Positions 18,416 through 29,147 are shown, counted from the whole stretch's first letter. The stretch: DNA of 62,523 nt, filler included, from an uncultured bacterium (GCA_964371695.1; 14 parts of 14 records of this genome joined end to end with filler, not necessarily neighbours in it), one strand, 5' to 3'. The notes: a model not told the origin generated them from the sequence alone. Numbers and translations are program-made.

Positions 18416-19597
18416 ATGTCCTCCCGTCTCAACACACTGCTGATTGACACCAACGGTTTTGGCTGGACAGTGGCCGCCAAAACCACCCTGTGGTGCGGCC
18501 TGATGAGAAAACCGGTGGACCACCAGCCCGCCCCCTGGGTGCAGAAAACGCCGCTGAAAAAACTTTTCACGGGCATGAACACCTACGCCGGTCTTTCTTA
18601 CGTCAACGACTGGAAAGAAGCCTTTGTCGCCCACCCCCGCCTGAGCTGCCAGCATCTGGATGCCCAGAACCTGTTGGCGGCCCAGGCGGTGATGAAACGC
18701 GTGAAGGACTTTGACCTGATTGTGTTGCTGCACACGGCCCTGGGAGACGCCGTGGGTGTGCTCAACCTGCTGGCCCCGGCGCTGGGCAACCGGCGCGGCG
18801 CGTTGCTGGCGCTGGTGGGCAATGAATATGACCTGATGCCCCAGAAAATCGCCTTTCTCAAAAAAGTGCAGGCCCAGGTGGTGGGCACCCAGTTGCCGCT
18901 GGCGGCGGGGCGCTGGCTTTATCAGGAACTCGCCGGCGCAAAAATCGTGTCTGCTCCCCACGGCCTGAACCCCGCCGTGTATCACCCCCGGCCCGACATT
19001 CCCCGCGCCGTAGACGCGGGTTTCCGGGGCAGTTTTTATCCCGCCTGGGTGGGGGAAGATTCGCGGGACGCCCTGATACGGTGGTTCCGGGACAAGGGGG
19101 CGGAACAGGGCCTGAGCGTGGACATCGGCGCGGGTTGCCTGGGGCGGGAGGTGTACGCCAGTCACCTGTGCAGCTTCCGCGCCGTGGTGGGGGGCGAGAG
19201 CGGCATGCGGTGCCTGGAGCGCGACGCACGGGCCATGACCGCCGCCAAGGCCTATGCCCGCCAGAACCCCCAGGCCACCGGCCAGGACATCTACAACCGT
19301 TTTTATCTGAACGTGCAGAATGCCGTGGATGGCCGGGCTGTCTCCAGTCGCCACTTCGAGCCCATGGGCACGAAAACAGTGCAGGTGCTGGTGGAGGGTT
19401 TTTATAACGGCCTGCTGCTGCCGGGCAAACACTACATCGCGGTGAATCCCGATTTCTCCAATCTGGATGAAGCCGTGTTGATGCTCAAAGACAAAACCCT
19501 GTGCCGCGAGATGGCCGAATATGCCTATGCCGACGCCATGGAAAACCACACCTATGCCCGGCGTGTCGAGTCACTGGTGAACGCCTTGTCGCCATGA
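18416..19597 (+). CDS. Glycosyltransferase, CgeB-like (GT-B, Glyco_trans_1_2 type)
   Basis: PHGLNP..Y.P, GFRG, SSRHFE.MG.KT.QVLVEG.YNG.L.PG.HYI, HTY..RV. Confidence 0.8.
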   Translation: MSSRLNTLLIDTNGFGWTVAAKTTLWCGLMRKPVDHQPAPWVQKTPLKKLFTGMNTYAGLSYVNDWKEAFVAHPRLSCQHLDAQNLLAAQAVMKRVKDFDLIVLLHTALGDAVGVLNLLAPALGNRRGALLALVGNEYDLMPQKIAFLKKVQAQVVGTQLPLAAGRWLYQELAGAKIVSAPHGLNPAVYHPRPDIPRAVDAGFRGSFYPAWVGEDSRDALIRWFRDKGAEQGLSVDIGAGCLGREVYASHLCSFRAVVGGESGMRCLERDARAMTAAKAYARQNPQATGQDIYNRFYLNVQNAVDGRAVSSRHFEPMGTKTVQVLVEGFYNGLLLPGKHYIAVNPDFSNLDEAVLMLKDKTLCREMAEYAYADAMENHTYARRVESLVNALSP

Positions 19598-19679
19598 CGG
19601 AGCCTTTCCGCCCGCTTTCTGTTTTTCTTTTGGCGACGCAGGCATCTTGCCTGCGTTCATATAAAAGGCAGGCAGGGGT

Positions 19680-20243
19680 TTAATGCCGACGGTGGGCGGC
19701 GGGCAGATAACGCGCCCACACTTCAAAAGCCGGGTCGGTGTGCTGCATGGCCACCCGCTGATGCAGTTGCAGCAGGTTGTTGGGGTGTTGGGGCATTCCG
19801 CGCAACTTAAGCCCCGCAGCCTTGGGAGTGCGGCTGCCTTTTTTCTGGTTGCAGTGGCGGCAGGCGGTCACCACGTTGTCCCACCGCGTGACCCCGCCCT
19901 TGGCGCGGGGAATCACGTGGTCCATGGTGAGCAGCGCGCCGCCGGGGCGCTGGCCGCAATATTGGCACTCGTAAGCGTCGCGCAGAAACAGGCTTTTGCG
20001 CGTGAGACGCACCCGGTGTTGCGGGCGCACATATTTGCCGCCCGCCAGCATCACCACCAGGGGCACGGGCACTTCCCAACAGCCTTCGTGAGAGCGAATC
20101 ACCCGGCCAGAAGTCTCCAGCGAAATCGCCCGGCCGCAGTTCACCATGCCCACCGCCCGCAGCCAGTGGGTAAAAGACAACGCCTCACCCACGTGGTTGA
20201 GCACCAGCACGTTCTCTCCGGCCCTGAGCAACGTGGGAGTCAT
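19680..20243 (-). CDS. HNH endonuclease (HNH_5/McrA-like standalone family)
   Basis: VLVLN, R..LF.RD.Y.CQYCG, TMDHVIPR.KGG..WDNVVTAC..CN.KKG.RTP. Confidence 0.93.
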   Translation of the reverse strand: MTPTLLRAGENVLVLNHVGEALSFTHWLRAVGMVNCGRAISLETSGRVIRSHEGCWEVPVPLVVMLAGGKYVRPQHRVRLTRKSLFLRDAYECQYCGQRPGGALLTMDHVIPRAKGGVTRWDNVVTACRHCNQKKGSRTPKAAGLKLRGMPQHPNNLLQLHQRVAMQHTDPAFEVWARYLPAAHRRH

Positions 20244-20335
20244 GGGACCGAAGGAGTTTAACAATTGTTCTGTGTGGCCGCCAGTGCATAGCGCGTAATC
20301 CGGTTTTTTGATTCGTTTCATCCCCGGCCATCTGA

Positions 20336-20483
20336 CAGGGTGTTGATAAAGTCCGTCCTGGACTTTATCAACCCGTTTTGCTTAGGCACGCCATCGCAAA
20401 ACGGCGCTTTTGCAGGGGTTTTTTGACCCCTGCAGGCGGGAAAATCCATCCGTGGATTTTTCAGGGTGTTTATCAACACCCTG
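20336..20483. mobile_element. About 148-bp MITE with perfect TIR CAGGGTGTTGATAAA
   Basis: CAGGGTGTTGATAAA ... TTTATCAACACCCTG. Related shorter elements at about 32689-32745 and 44860-44893. Confidence 0.8.
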
Positions 20484-20493
20484 CTAAGCTTGT

Positions 20494-21459
20494 TTGGCGG
20501 ATAATGCCGCTGTGCGCCGGGTGTTCAGGTTGTTGCTGTCGCTGTGGCTGCTTTCAGCGGCGGGGTTTTTTCTGGTGGGGCTGTTGCCCTTTGACCCTGT
20601 GGCCGAGGCCATGCAGCACAACCCTTCCATGAAGGCCGCCGATGTCAAACGTCTTCGGGCGTTATATCACCTCGATGATCCCCTGCCCGTGCGCTACGGC
20701 CACTGGCTCAGGCGCTTCGCCACGGGCGACTGGGGCCGCAGCCGGGTGTATGGTGAACCGGCCCTGGGGCTGCTGGGCCAGCGGCTGGGCAACACGGTGG
20801 TGTTGTTTGCGGGGGCGCTGGGGGCGGCGGTGTTGTTGTTCGGCCCAGCGTTTGTATTGCAGGGCCTGTTCCCCGCGAGTACGCCAGAGCGCCTGAGCCT
20901 TTCGCTCAGCACGGCCTTTTTGTGCCTGCCACCCTTTTGGCTGGGGCTGGTGGCGCTGTTTGTTTTTTCGGTGCTGCTGGGTTGGTTTCCCCTGGGGGGC
21001 ACCGGCGCGCTGGAAGAAACCAGCGGCCTGTCGCGCCTGCGTTTTCTGGCGCTGCCCGCCCTGGTGCTGGCGGCGCAACACGTGGGCCAGTGGCTGCGGC
21101 TGGAGCACCCCCACGCCTTGTCTGCCCCCCACACCGGCTGGGTGCAGGCGGGGCTGGCCAAGGGTTTCAGCCGCCGGTGGCTTTTTTTCCACCGCCAGAT
21201 CAAACCGGCCCTGGGGCGGCTCAGCACCGTGTGGGCGCTGGACCTGCCCACCTTTCTGGGGGGCGCGCTCATTACCGAAACGGTGTTTAACTGGCCCGGC
21301 GTGGCGCGGCTGCTTTATGAGTCGGTGATGAGCAAAGACACCGACGTGGTGATGGCCTGCCTGCTGTTCATGGGCCTCATCACGCTCTTGGCCAACACGC
21401 TGGCCGACGCCGCCGTGGGCTGGTTCGACCCCAGGGCCAGAAGCGGGGCCGTTTCGTGA
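20494..21459 (+). CDS. Peptide/nickel ABC transporter permease (DppB/OppB)
   Basis: P.DP, LD.PL..RY..WL...GD.G.S, P.FWLG, ITETVFNWPG. Confidence 0.92.
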   Translation: MADNAAVRRVFRLLLSLWLLSAAGFFLVGLLPFDPVAEAMQHNPSMKAADVKRLRALYHLDDPLPVRYGHWLRRFATGDWGRSRVYGEPALGLLGQRLGNTVVLFAGALGAAVLLFGPAFVLQGLFPASTPERLSLSLSTAFLCLPPFWLGLVALFVFSVLLGWFPLGGTGALEETSGLSRLRFLALPALVLAAQHVGQWLRLEHPHALSAPHTGWVQAGLAKGFSRRWLFFHRQIKPALGRLSTVWALDLPTFLGGALITETVFNWPGVARLLYESVMSKDTDVVMACLLFMGLITLLANTLADAAVGWFDPRARSGAVS

Positions 21460-22307
21460 AAAACCATTTCTGGCGCAGCCTTCCGCCCCAGGGCAAAACC
21501 GGCCTGCTGCTGCTGGGGGCCACCGTGCTGGCCTGCCTGCTGGGGCCGGTGGTGTGGCCCGCCAGCGCCTATGACCTGAAAGACGGCCTTCGATATGCCC
21601 CCCCCGGCCCCGGCCTGCCGCTGGGGGCAGATGAACTGGGCCGCGACGCCCTGGCGCGCCTGCTGCTGGGGGGGCGTTATTCGCTGGCGGCGGCGCTGCT
21701 GGGGTCGCTGCTGGCCACGGCGGCGGGCCTGGCGCTGGGGCTGTGGGCGGGCTGGCGCAGGGGCCTGGCCGATGAGGGCATCGGCGCGGTGGTGGACCTG
21801 CTGCTGTCGTTGCCGCTCATTTCTCTGGCGCTGATTGTGGCGGCGGCGGACCCCAAAAAAATGGGCCTGGGCGACTGGTTTTATTCACCACCGGGGCAGG
21901 TGCTGCGCATTGCCCTGCTGCTGGGTTTTTTGAACTGGATGGGGGTGCAACGGTTGGTGCGGGCCGAAACCCGCCGCACCAGCAGTCTGGCTTATTGCGA
22001 GGCGGCCCAGGCCGCCGGGGCGGGCGCGGGATGGCTGCTGTGGCGGGTGATATTGCCGGGGGTGTGGCCCACGGTGACGGTGGCCTTCACCTTTTTGTTT
22101 GGCGGCGCGCTGTTGCTGGAAAGCACCCTCAGTTATCTGGGGGTGGGCATCAGCCCCCCTGCGCCCACCTGGGGCAATCTGCTGCGGGCGGCGCAGGAGT
22201 ATTTTTTCCGCGCCCCGCACCTGCTGCTGGCGCCGGGCCTGATGCTGTTTGCCGCCGCCCTGGGGGCCAACCTGCTGGGCAGCTCGGCGCGCAATGTGCG
22301 GGCGTAG
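21456..22307 (+). CDS. Peptide/nickel ABC transporter permease (DppC/OppC)
   Basis: LGAD.LGRD..ARL..GGR.SL, EAA.A.GA, ESTLSYLG.G..PP..TWG. Confidence 0.93.
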   Translation: MKNHFWRSLPPQGKTGLLLLGATVLACLLGPVVWPASAYDLKDGLRYAPPGPGLPLGADELGRDALARLLLGGRYSLAAALLGSLLATAAGLALGLWAGWRRGLADEGIGAVVDLLLSLPLISLALIVAAADPKKMGLGDWFYSPPGQVLRIALLLGFLNWMGVQRLVRAETRRTSSLAYCEAAQAAGAGAGWLLWRVILPGVWPTVTVAFTFLFGGALLLESTLSYLGVGISPPAPTWGNLLRAAQEYFFRAPHLLLAPGLMLFAAALGANLLGSSARNVRA

Positions 22308-22728
22308 GAAGGACGGGTAGTGGTTCATTCGACTTAAAATGAGTAGCGGCGATGTCCCCATCGCTGCTGTCATAGTGCGGTGGGGACACCGCACCTACTC
22401 CCCATTTTTAACCAGATGAACCAGTAGTTGGTGATCGAAAGTTGGAGACAGGAGGTCGGAAGCTGGAAAAAGAAAGGCTCTCTCATTGTTCCCTCTCCCC
22501 GTAAAGGGGAGAGGGTAAAAGAAAAGCCGCCGCTCTTTACACNNNNNNNNNNNNNNNNNNNNNNNNNNNNNNNNNNNNNNNNNNNNTTAATTAATTAANN
22601 NNNNNNNNNNNNNNNNNNNNNNNNNNNNNNNNNNNNNNNNNNGCATCCACCACCGCTGATTAGAGCAGCCTCGCATACCTCCCCCGACCCGAAACCGCTA
22701 CATGCCTGATGGGCGAGTAGAAACAAAA

Positions 22729-22938
22729 TCAGTCTTTTTGCCGATCTTCTGCCGGTTCCTCAATCGAATTTTGCCGAGGTAATGCAGAGCCTCTGGCAAT
22801 TGGCGCGCCGTCAGCAACATCGTCAGCATCTTTTTTTTCGAACAGGCCAAACCTGGAAGCACCAAAAAGACGGAACTTTAGATGAATCACATACAAACCC
22901 AGCCCAAAGACAAGCAACGCACCCAAAAAATCCATCAT
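22729..22938 (-). CDS. Small single-TM hypothetical protein
   Basis: AGGAGG RBS; N-terminal hydrophobic helix; downstream of the AIM24 cluster. Confidence 0.55.
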   Translation of the reverse strand: MMDFLGALLVFGLGLYVIHLKFRLFGASRFGLFEKKDADDVADGAPIARGSALPRQNSIEEPAEDRQKD

Positions 22939-23005
22939 CTTGCGCCTCCTATTAACAGGCTTGTGGTCTCATGACGGAATGTGCCGCCGCCACACCCAGG
23001 CCGCG

Positions 23006-23737
23006 CTACTTCCCTATCTGCTCCAGCACCTTGCCCGCCACATTGTTGGCCTTTTTCACCAGTCGGTAGGGGCTGAGGAAACCGGCAAAAGCAGGGGCCT
23101 GACGGGTCTGCACCCACAGCCTGCCTGTGCCGGTGAAACGGCACACCAGCCCTTCACCTGAGAAAAACAGCGACTTGTAGCCCCCCACGCGGGTCACGGT
23201 GTAATCCAGCCCCTCGGTGAAACCCACAATGCAGGCGGTGTCCACCACATAACCCCCGTCCACGTCCACCGCCGTGAGGCCGCCAAAGGTGTTGAACCAC
23301 ACGTCGCCCTCGCCGTGGCAGCGCACCAGAAACAACCCCTCGCCGCTGAACAGGCCCTTCATCAGGCCCTGCCATTTGGTCTCCACCTTCACCCCCAGGC
23401 CGCTGGCGAGGAACGCGCTGTTTTGCAGATAGAGCGTGTCGCCGGTGAGATAGGTGTGGGCCATGGCGCCGGGGGGGCCGGGGGCCAGCAACAATTCACC
23501 CTCTTGCTGCGGGGCGGTGAACTCGGTGAGAAACAGGCTCTCGCCGCTCACCATGCGTTTCACACCGCCCATGATGCCGCCCTTGAAACGGGCTTTCATC
23601 TGGATGCACGGGTCCATGGCGGCCATGGCCCCCGCCTCGGTCTGAATGCCCTGGCCGGGTTTCAGACGCACACTCAGCAGGGTGTAATCCGGCGCGGATT
23701 CCAGTTGATAGGTGTAATCGGTTTTGGTCATGTCCAT
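23006..23737 (-). CDS. AIM24/TIGR00266 family protein
   Basis: EAGAM, SGESLF, GEGLF, FGG, VDT..IVGF, SGEGLVCRF.G.G.LWVQTR. Confidence 0.92.
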   Translation of the reverse strand: MDMTKTDYTYQLESAPDYTLLSVRLKPGQGIQTEAGAMAAMDPCIQMKARFKGGIMGGVKRMVSGESLFLTEFTAPQQEGELLLAPGPPGAMAHTYLTGDTLYLQNSAFLASGLGVKVETKWQGLMKGLFSGEGLFLVRCHGEGDVWFNTFGGLTAVDVDGGYVVDTACIVGFTEGLDYTVTRVGGYKSLFFSGEGLVCRFTGTGRLWVQTRQAPAFAGFLSPYRLVKKANNVAGKVLEQIGK

Positions 23738-23855
23738 GGTGGGGGGTTCCTCTCTGAGTAGCGGCGATGTCCCCATCGCCGTTTATGACAAGCGCGGTGC
23801 GGACACCGCGCCTACTCCTCTTTTTTCACAAATCGCGCTGCTTTCATAAAACACG

Positions 23856-24518
23856 CTACCGCTGCACCGGCAGCAGATACGGCCCCATGGCGCGGCCAAA
23901 GCCCGTGGGGCTGTGGCTCTGACACCACACCTGGCCGTTGCCCTTGAAGCGGCACGCAAACCCCTCGCCCCCCAAAAAGGCCGAGAGCCAGCTTTTGCCC
24001 GGCTTGGAAATCGTGAACGACAACCCCTCCTGAAACGCCACGATGTGGCCCGTGTCCACCACCGCCTCGCCCTGCACCATCAGCGGATAAATCGCGCCGA
24101 AGGAATTGAGTATCACCGGCCCCGTGCCGCTGAGCTTGAGCCAGAAAAGGCTCTCGCCACTGAACAGGGTTTTCAGGCCCTGCCAGCTCATGTCCACCTC
24201 CACGCCTTCGCCGCTCGCCAGCCACGAGCCGCCCTGCACAATCAGGCTTTCCTGCTCCAGGTTGTAGACCATGAGGTCGCCCGGCAGCACCGGCGAGAGC
24301 ATCACCTCGCCCCCCTGTGGGCCGGGGGCGAAGCGGTTGATGAACAGCGTCTCGCCCGCCATCATGCGTTTGACGGCCTTGAGGAATCCCCCTTTGCCTT
24401 TTTGCCGCGTGGTGGTGGTGAGGCCCATGTCCTGGCTCATGGCCACCATGGCCTCGCCGGGCGCAAGCGTCACCCGCGCACAGGCATAACCGGGTTGGTT
24501 TTCGAGTTTGATTTGCAT
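23856..24518 (-). CDS. AIM24/TIGR00266 family protein
   Basis: AGETLF.N.F, GESLFWL..SG.G, SFGAI, VDTGHIVAF, GGEG..CRF.G.G.VWCQSH. Confidence 0.92.
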   Translation of the reverse strand: MQIKLENQPGYACARVTLAPGEAMVAMSQDMGLTTTTRQKGKGGFLKAVKRMMAGETLFINRFAPGPQGGEVMLSPVLPGDLMVYNLEQESLIVQGGSWLASGEGVEVDMSWQGLKTLFSGESLFWLKLSGTGPVILNSFGAIYPLMVQGEAVVDTGHIVAFQEGLSFTISKPGKSWLSAFLGGEGFACRFKGNGQVWCQSHSPTGFGRAMGPYLLPVQR

Positions 24519-24520
24519 GG

Positions 24521-25237
24521 TCAGCCTCCCCCCAGCATCCGGCCCAGCACATTGCCCGCGCCGGTTGCGCGGCCCACGGCCAGTTTGGGGTTGATCCAGT
24601 TGGCCACACCCTGCAACGTGCGGGTTTGCAGCGTCACCTTGCCCTGGCCATGAATTTTGAGCACCAGCCCCTCGCCCCCGGCCACGCTGCTGAACAAGCC
24701 CCCCGCCAGACCCAGCTTGAGCCGCAGGTGCGGATCAAACGCCACCAGATGCCCACCATCCACCACCAGCTCGCCGTTCACGGGCCTTTCAATCAGCCCG
24801 CCAAACGCGCCATAAAACAGCGTGCCCGTGCCGCTCACCCTGAGTTTGAACAGGCCCTCACGCGCCAGAAAAAACCGCAGGCCCGCCCACTGCACGCCCA
24901 GCTTCAGACCCGGCGTGGCGGCGATGAACGCCCCCGCCTGCAGGCAGATGGCCCCGTCGTTCAACTCCACCGCCCGCATGTCGCCGGGTGTGGAAGACGT
25001 GAGCGTGACCCGCCGGGGGCCATCGGCGTGGTTGGCGAACAGGTTCATGAACAGGCTCTCGCCCCCCAGAAAGGGCCGCAGCAGCGCCCGGAACAGGCCG
25101 CCCCGCAGCACGGCTTTCATGTCCATATCCGCCGCCATGCTGGTCATGGCCCCCGCCTCGGCGCTCAGGGTTTCGCCCGGCTCGAGGTCTACATGAATAT
25201 GGGCAAACGACGGCCCGCCTTCAATGGCATAACGCAT
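24521..25237 (-). CDS. AIM24/TIGR00266 family protein
   Basis: C-terminal part of the 818-aa ORF; true ATG at 25237 (MRYAIEGG) with AGGAG RBS; GGESLF, EGLF, VDGGHLVAF, GGEG, QTR. Confidence 0.92.
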   Translation of the reverse strand: MRYAIEGGPSFAHIHVDLEPGETLSAEAGAMTSMAADMDMKAVLRGGLFRALLRPFLGGESLFMNLFANHADGPRRVTLTSSTPGDMRAVELNDGAICLQAGAFIAATPGLKLGVQWAGLRFFLAREGLFKLRVSGTGTLFYGAFGGLIERPVNGELVVDGGHLVAFDPHLRLKLGLAGGLFSSVAGGEGLVLKIHGQGKVTLQTRTLQGVANWINPKLAVGRATGAGNVLGRMLGGG

Positions 25238-25321
25238 CTGCTGACTCCTGTTTTGTGGATAGGTGGTGAGCCGCCAGCTTAACACGGCCCACCCGCCTGC
25301 GCCCCGTGCAGAAAAGCTATC

Positions 25322-27051
25322 ATGTCTTTTGTGCCCCGCTGGTTCATCGCGCTGTTCCTCACACTGTTTGTGCTGGTTCCGAGCCGGGCCGCTGTGGCCA
25401 GTCCGGGGCCGGATCAGGCGCTTTTTCGCGCCATCGAGGCCGGTGACGCCCTGGGGGCCGCCACGCTGCTGCGGCAGGGGGCCAGCCCCAACACGTTTTC
25501 GGTTCCCCAGGGCGCGAAGTCGGGCGGCAAGGCCGGGCCGTTGCACATGGCGGCGCTCAAGGGCAATACCGCCCTGGTGCGGCTGTTGCTGGAAAACGGC
25601 GCGAAGGTGGACCTGCCCACGCCGGGCCAGGGCAGCACGCCGCTGTTTTTCGCCGCCTCTGCCGAAGTGGCCGCCCTGCTGCTGGACACCGGCGCCAGCC
25701 CCAAGGCCCGCAACACCAAGGGGCAGATGCCCCTGCACGCGGCGCTCAAGGCGGGGCGCGAGCCGGTGGCCCGCCTGCTGGTGGAGCGCGGCGCGCCCCT
25801 GAATGTGCCCGACGAAAAAGGCTGGAAGCCCCTGTATGCCGCCGCCGTGCTGCCCACCCGCGACCTCTATGACCTGATGGTGCAGAAAGGCGCGCCGGTG
25901 GACCTGGTGGGTGCGGCCATGGCGGGAGACGTGGCGGGCATGAAGGCCCTGCTGGCGGGCGGGCAAGACACCGAAGCGGCCAACGAATCGGGCGCGACGC
26001 TGTTGCACGTGGTGGCCAGCCTGGGGCGGCCAGAGGCGGCCCGTCTGCTGCTGGAGCGTGGCGCAAACCCGGCCCGCGCCACGGGCAGCGGCAACACGCC
26101 CCTGCATTTTTCGGGTCTGGTGCTTTATCCCGGCTCGCGTGCGCTGCGCGACGCCAAACCGGCCGAGGTGGCCGCCGTGGCGGAACTGCTGCTGGCCAAG
26201 GGCGCGCCGGTGGACGCTCCCAACAAAAACAGTGAAACCCCCCTCACCATCGCCGCCTGTTTTGGACCCAAAGAGCTGGTGCGGACGCTGTTGCAGCACG
26301 GGGCCTCGCCCTGGGCCGCCAACACGCTGGGGCAGACGGCGCTGCATCAGGCCGTCACCTGCGAAAACAAAAGCAGCGTTTATCTGCTGCTCACCGGCGG
26401 GGCAGACGTGGATCAGGCCGATCTTTCCGGCGACACGCCCCTGCATCTGGCGGCGTCGCGCCATGATTTGGCCATGACCAGCCTGCTGTTGTCGCTGGGG
26501 GCAGACCCGGCGGTGAAAAACAAAAAAGGCGCAGCGGCGTTTGGTTTTGACGAAAACGCTACGGCCAAGGATTTTTGCGGACAGGATGCTCTGTGCCTGA
26601 AAGACAACGCAGCCGTCAACCTGTTTTTGCAGGAGCGGCCCTTTCAGCAGGCGCTGGACACGGGCCTGCTGGACCTCGTGAAAAAAATCGCCGCCGGGGG
26701 GGCCACGCCGGTGGCGGACGTGGCCTCGGCCCTCAGCGAAGGGGCGCGGCTCTACGCCCGCGAACCCTCGGGAGCCACGGCGCTGCACGTGGCGGCGGCG
26801 GCGGGCCACCAGGGGCTGGTGAACACACTGCTGGAGGCCGCCATGCTGGTGAACGTGGCCGATCACGCGGGCCTGCGTCCCCTGCACGGGGTGAAAGACG
26901 CCGCCACCGCCGAGCGTTTGCTGGGCGCGGGTGCGCAGGTGATGGCGGCAGACCGCCAGGGCGACACACCGCTGCACACCGCAGCGGGGCGCGGAGTGGC
27001 GGACGTGGCGGGCCTGCTGCCCAGCCGGTGGGCCAGCGCACTGCTCAAAAA
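25322..27051 (+). CDS. Secreted ankyrin-repeat protein (3' truncated)
   Basis: Signal peptide; more than 10 G.TPLH.A...G....V..LL..GA repeats. Confidence 0.92.
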
Positions 27052-27261
27052 NNNNNNNNNNNNNNNNNNNNNNNNNNNNNNNNNNNNNNNNNNNNTTAAT
27101 TAATTAANNNNNNNNNNNNNNNNNNNNNNNNNNNNNNNNNNNNNNNNNNNNCATTTTTCAGCAGGCCGCTGCCGAGGCGGTGCTCAAGGGCCTGTTCCAC
27201 GGCATCGAAGTGCAGGAGACTGAAACAAAGACCGATAAAAAAAGCATTCCTTCTGGCGCCA

Positions 27262-28863
27262 ATGGCCACCCCCGCTGAAAAACAGGACTTTTTGAGCGAC
27301 ACCACACCGTTTCGCTGGCTGCGTGCGTGGTTGTGGCCACTTTTTGCAGATAAAAAGGGCCTTTCTGCCCTGCTGGTGCTGGTGAGTGTGGCGAGTGCGG
27401 CGGCGGCGGCGGCATTGCCGTTGTGGGCCCTGGTGTTCCGTCAGGGCAGGGGGGTGCTGGGGGGCCTGGGGGTGTTGCTGCTGATGCGGGCATTGCTGAA
27501 TCTGGCGCAGGAAGGCCTGAGCGAGCGGTTTTGCGCACGGGCCATGGGGGTGTTGAGCGAACGGGTTTGCCGGGGGTTTGCCGCTGCGCCGTTCGAGGTC
27601 CGCAGCCGGTTTGACCTGAGTGGTTTTTTGCTGCTGTTCAGCCAGACGGGGCCGCGGCTGGAACTGCTGGTGCGCGAGTTGCCCCGCGCCTTGTTTGGCT
27701 CCCTGCCTTTGCTGATGGCCTTGCTGGTGGCGGGGCTGTGTCTGAATCCCCCCCTGGTGGCGGGCTTGCTGGCGGCTGGGTTGGTGCTGATGCCTGTTTT
27801 TTTGTGGCAAAGCCGCGCCCGCGCCCGGTTGGGTCAGGCCGTGTTGCTGGCCAACGCCAAAAGCCAGCGCCGCCTGCGCGAGTTGAACCAGACCGTTCAC
27901 GGCCTGTGGGGCATGATGGGTGAGCACGCCCTGCGCCGGGCGCTGATTGCTCAGCAGCAATATCTGGACTTGCGCAGCAAAAACCACTTTCGCAGCACCT
28001 GGCTGGTGTACTTGTCAGAGGCGATGGCGGGCGGCCTGCTGGTGCTGGGTCAGGCCCAGGGGCTGGACAGTCTGGCCCTGGGGCGTCTGATGGCGGGGCT
28101 GCTCACCTTTCATGTAATTTTTTCGGCTCTGCGCCAGTTGTTGCGCCTGCCCATGGCGCTCAAGGAACTGGCCCCCCAACTGGAAAAAATGGTCGTTCTT
28201 TTTGCCCAGCCCCACCAGCCCCCGCAGCCCTGGCCCGCTACGGTGGCGAGCCTTTCGCTTACCCAGGCGGGTTATGTGTATGGCGCAGGCACCGAGAGGC
28301 CCGTGACGGGGCTTCACCCGGTGGACCTCAGTGTTGCGCCCGGAAAAATGACCGTCATCACAGGCCCCAACGGTGCGGGCAAGTCCACGCTGCTGCGCCT
28401 GCTGTCGTGCCGGTTGTTTCCCACGTCGGGACAGTTACGGATTGATGGCGTGGCGCTTTTGGCGGCGGATCTCCCACGCCTGTCCCCCCGTCTGGCCTAT
28501 CTGCCGCAGGACGTGATGCTGCCCGAAATGACGGTGCGGGAACTGCTGGAGGACCTCACCAGCCCTCGCGGCCTGTTGCTGCTGCGCAAGCTGGGCATCA
28601 TGCCGCTGCTGGAGCGCGCCTCACGGCCCGATTCACCCGAACTCAGCCGGGGTGAAATCCAGAAAATCCTGCTGGCCAAAGTGTTGCTGAGCGAGGCGGA
28701 TGCGTATTTTCTGGATGAATGGGACACCGCGCTGGACGCCGTGTCCCGCGAGGTGATTCTCAGTGAACTGCGGGCGCTGGCCGCCTCAAAAATCGTGGTG
28801 TGCGTGACGCACGACGAAACGCTGGTGGGTGAGCCGGACAAGCGGGTGAGGCTGGGGAAATGA
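27262..28863 (+). CDS. ABC exporter, fused TMD-NBD (divergent)
   Basis: Hydrophobic N-terminal half; GPNGAGKST, YLPQD, LSRGE, FLDEWDTALD, VTH. Confidence 0.85.
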   Translation: MATPAEKQDFLSDTTPFRWLRAWLWPLFADKKGLSALLVLVSVASAAAAAALPLWALVFRQGRGVLGGLGVLLLMRALLNLAQEGLSERFCARAMGVLSERVCRGFAAAPFEVRSRFDLSGFLLLFSQTGPRLELLVRELPRALFGSLPLLMALLVAGLCLNPPLVAGLLAAGLVLMPVFLWQSRARARLGQAVLLANAKSQRRLRELNQTVHGLWGMMGEHALRRALIAQQQYLDLRSKNHFRSTWLVYLSEAMAGGLLVLGQAQGLDSLALGRLMAGLLTFHVIFSALRQLLRLPMALKELAPQLEKMVVLFAQPHQPPQPWPATVASLSLTQAGYVYGAGTERPVTGLHPVDLSVAPGKMTVITGPNGAGKSTLLRLLSCRLFPTSGQLRIDGVALLAADLPRLSPRLAYLPQDVMLPEMTVRELLEDLTSPRGLLLLRKLGIMPLLERASRPDSPELSRGEIQKILLAKVLLSEADAYFLDEWDTALDAVSREVILSELRALAASKIVVCVTHDETLVGEPDKRVRLGK

Positions 28864-29147
28864 CTTCGGTAGCACCGGGGGATAAAAGAGCACCGCCTTA
28901 ACCCCCTCTCCCCGACTGGGGAGAGGGTTGGGGTGAGGGGTCCAATATGGGTAAACAATCCAAACAGAAATTTGATTTTTTGCTTTTGAACAACCCCTCA
29001 CCCGGCGCTCTGCGCCACCCTCTCCCCGTAAAGGGGAGAGGGAACGATGTCGGCTTTTTAATAAAAGTTAGCAGCAAGGGGCAGGATGCCTGCGTCACCC
29101 AGAGAAAATCTTCCCCTCAGCCCTCCAATCTCAAGCCTCCAGCCCGA

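Noticed and set aside
19680-20243. HNH gene as an IscB/Cas9-like or defence nuclease
   Set aside because: About 187 aa with no RuvC motifs or PLMP; it matches the common standalone HNH family. The neighbouring structured DNA is a MITE.
24521-26977. 818-aa minus-strand ORF
   Set aside because: Only the last 238 aa (AIM24) are real; the rest is the antisense shadow of the ankyrin gene.
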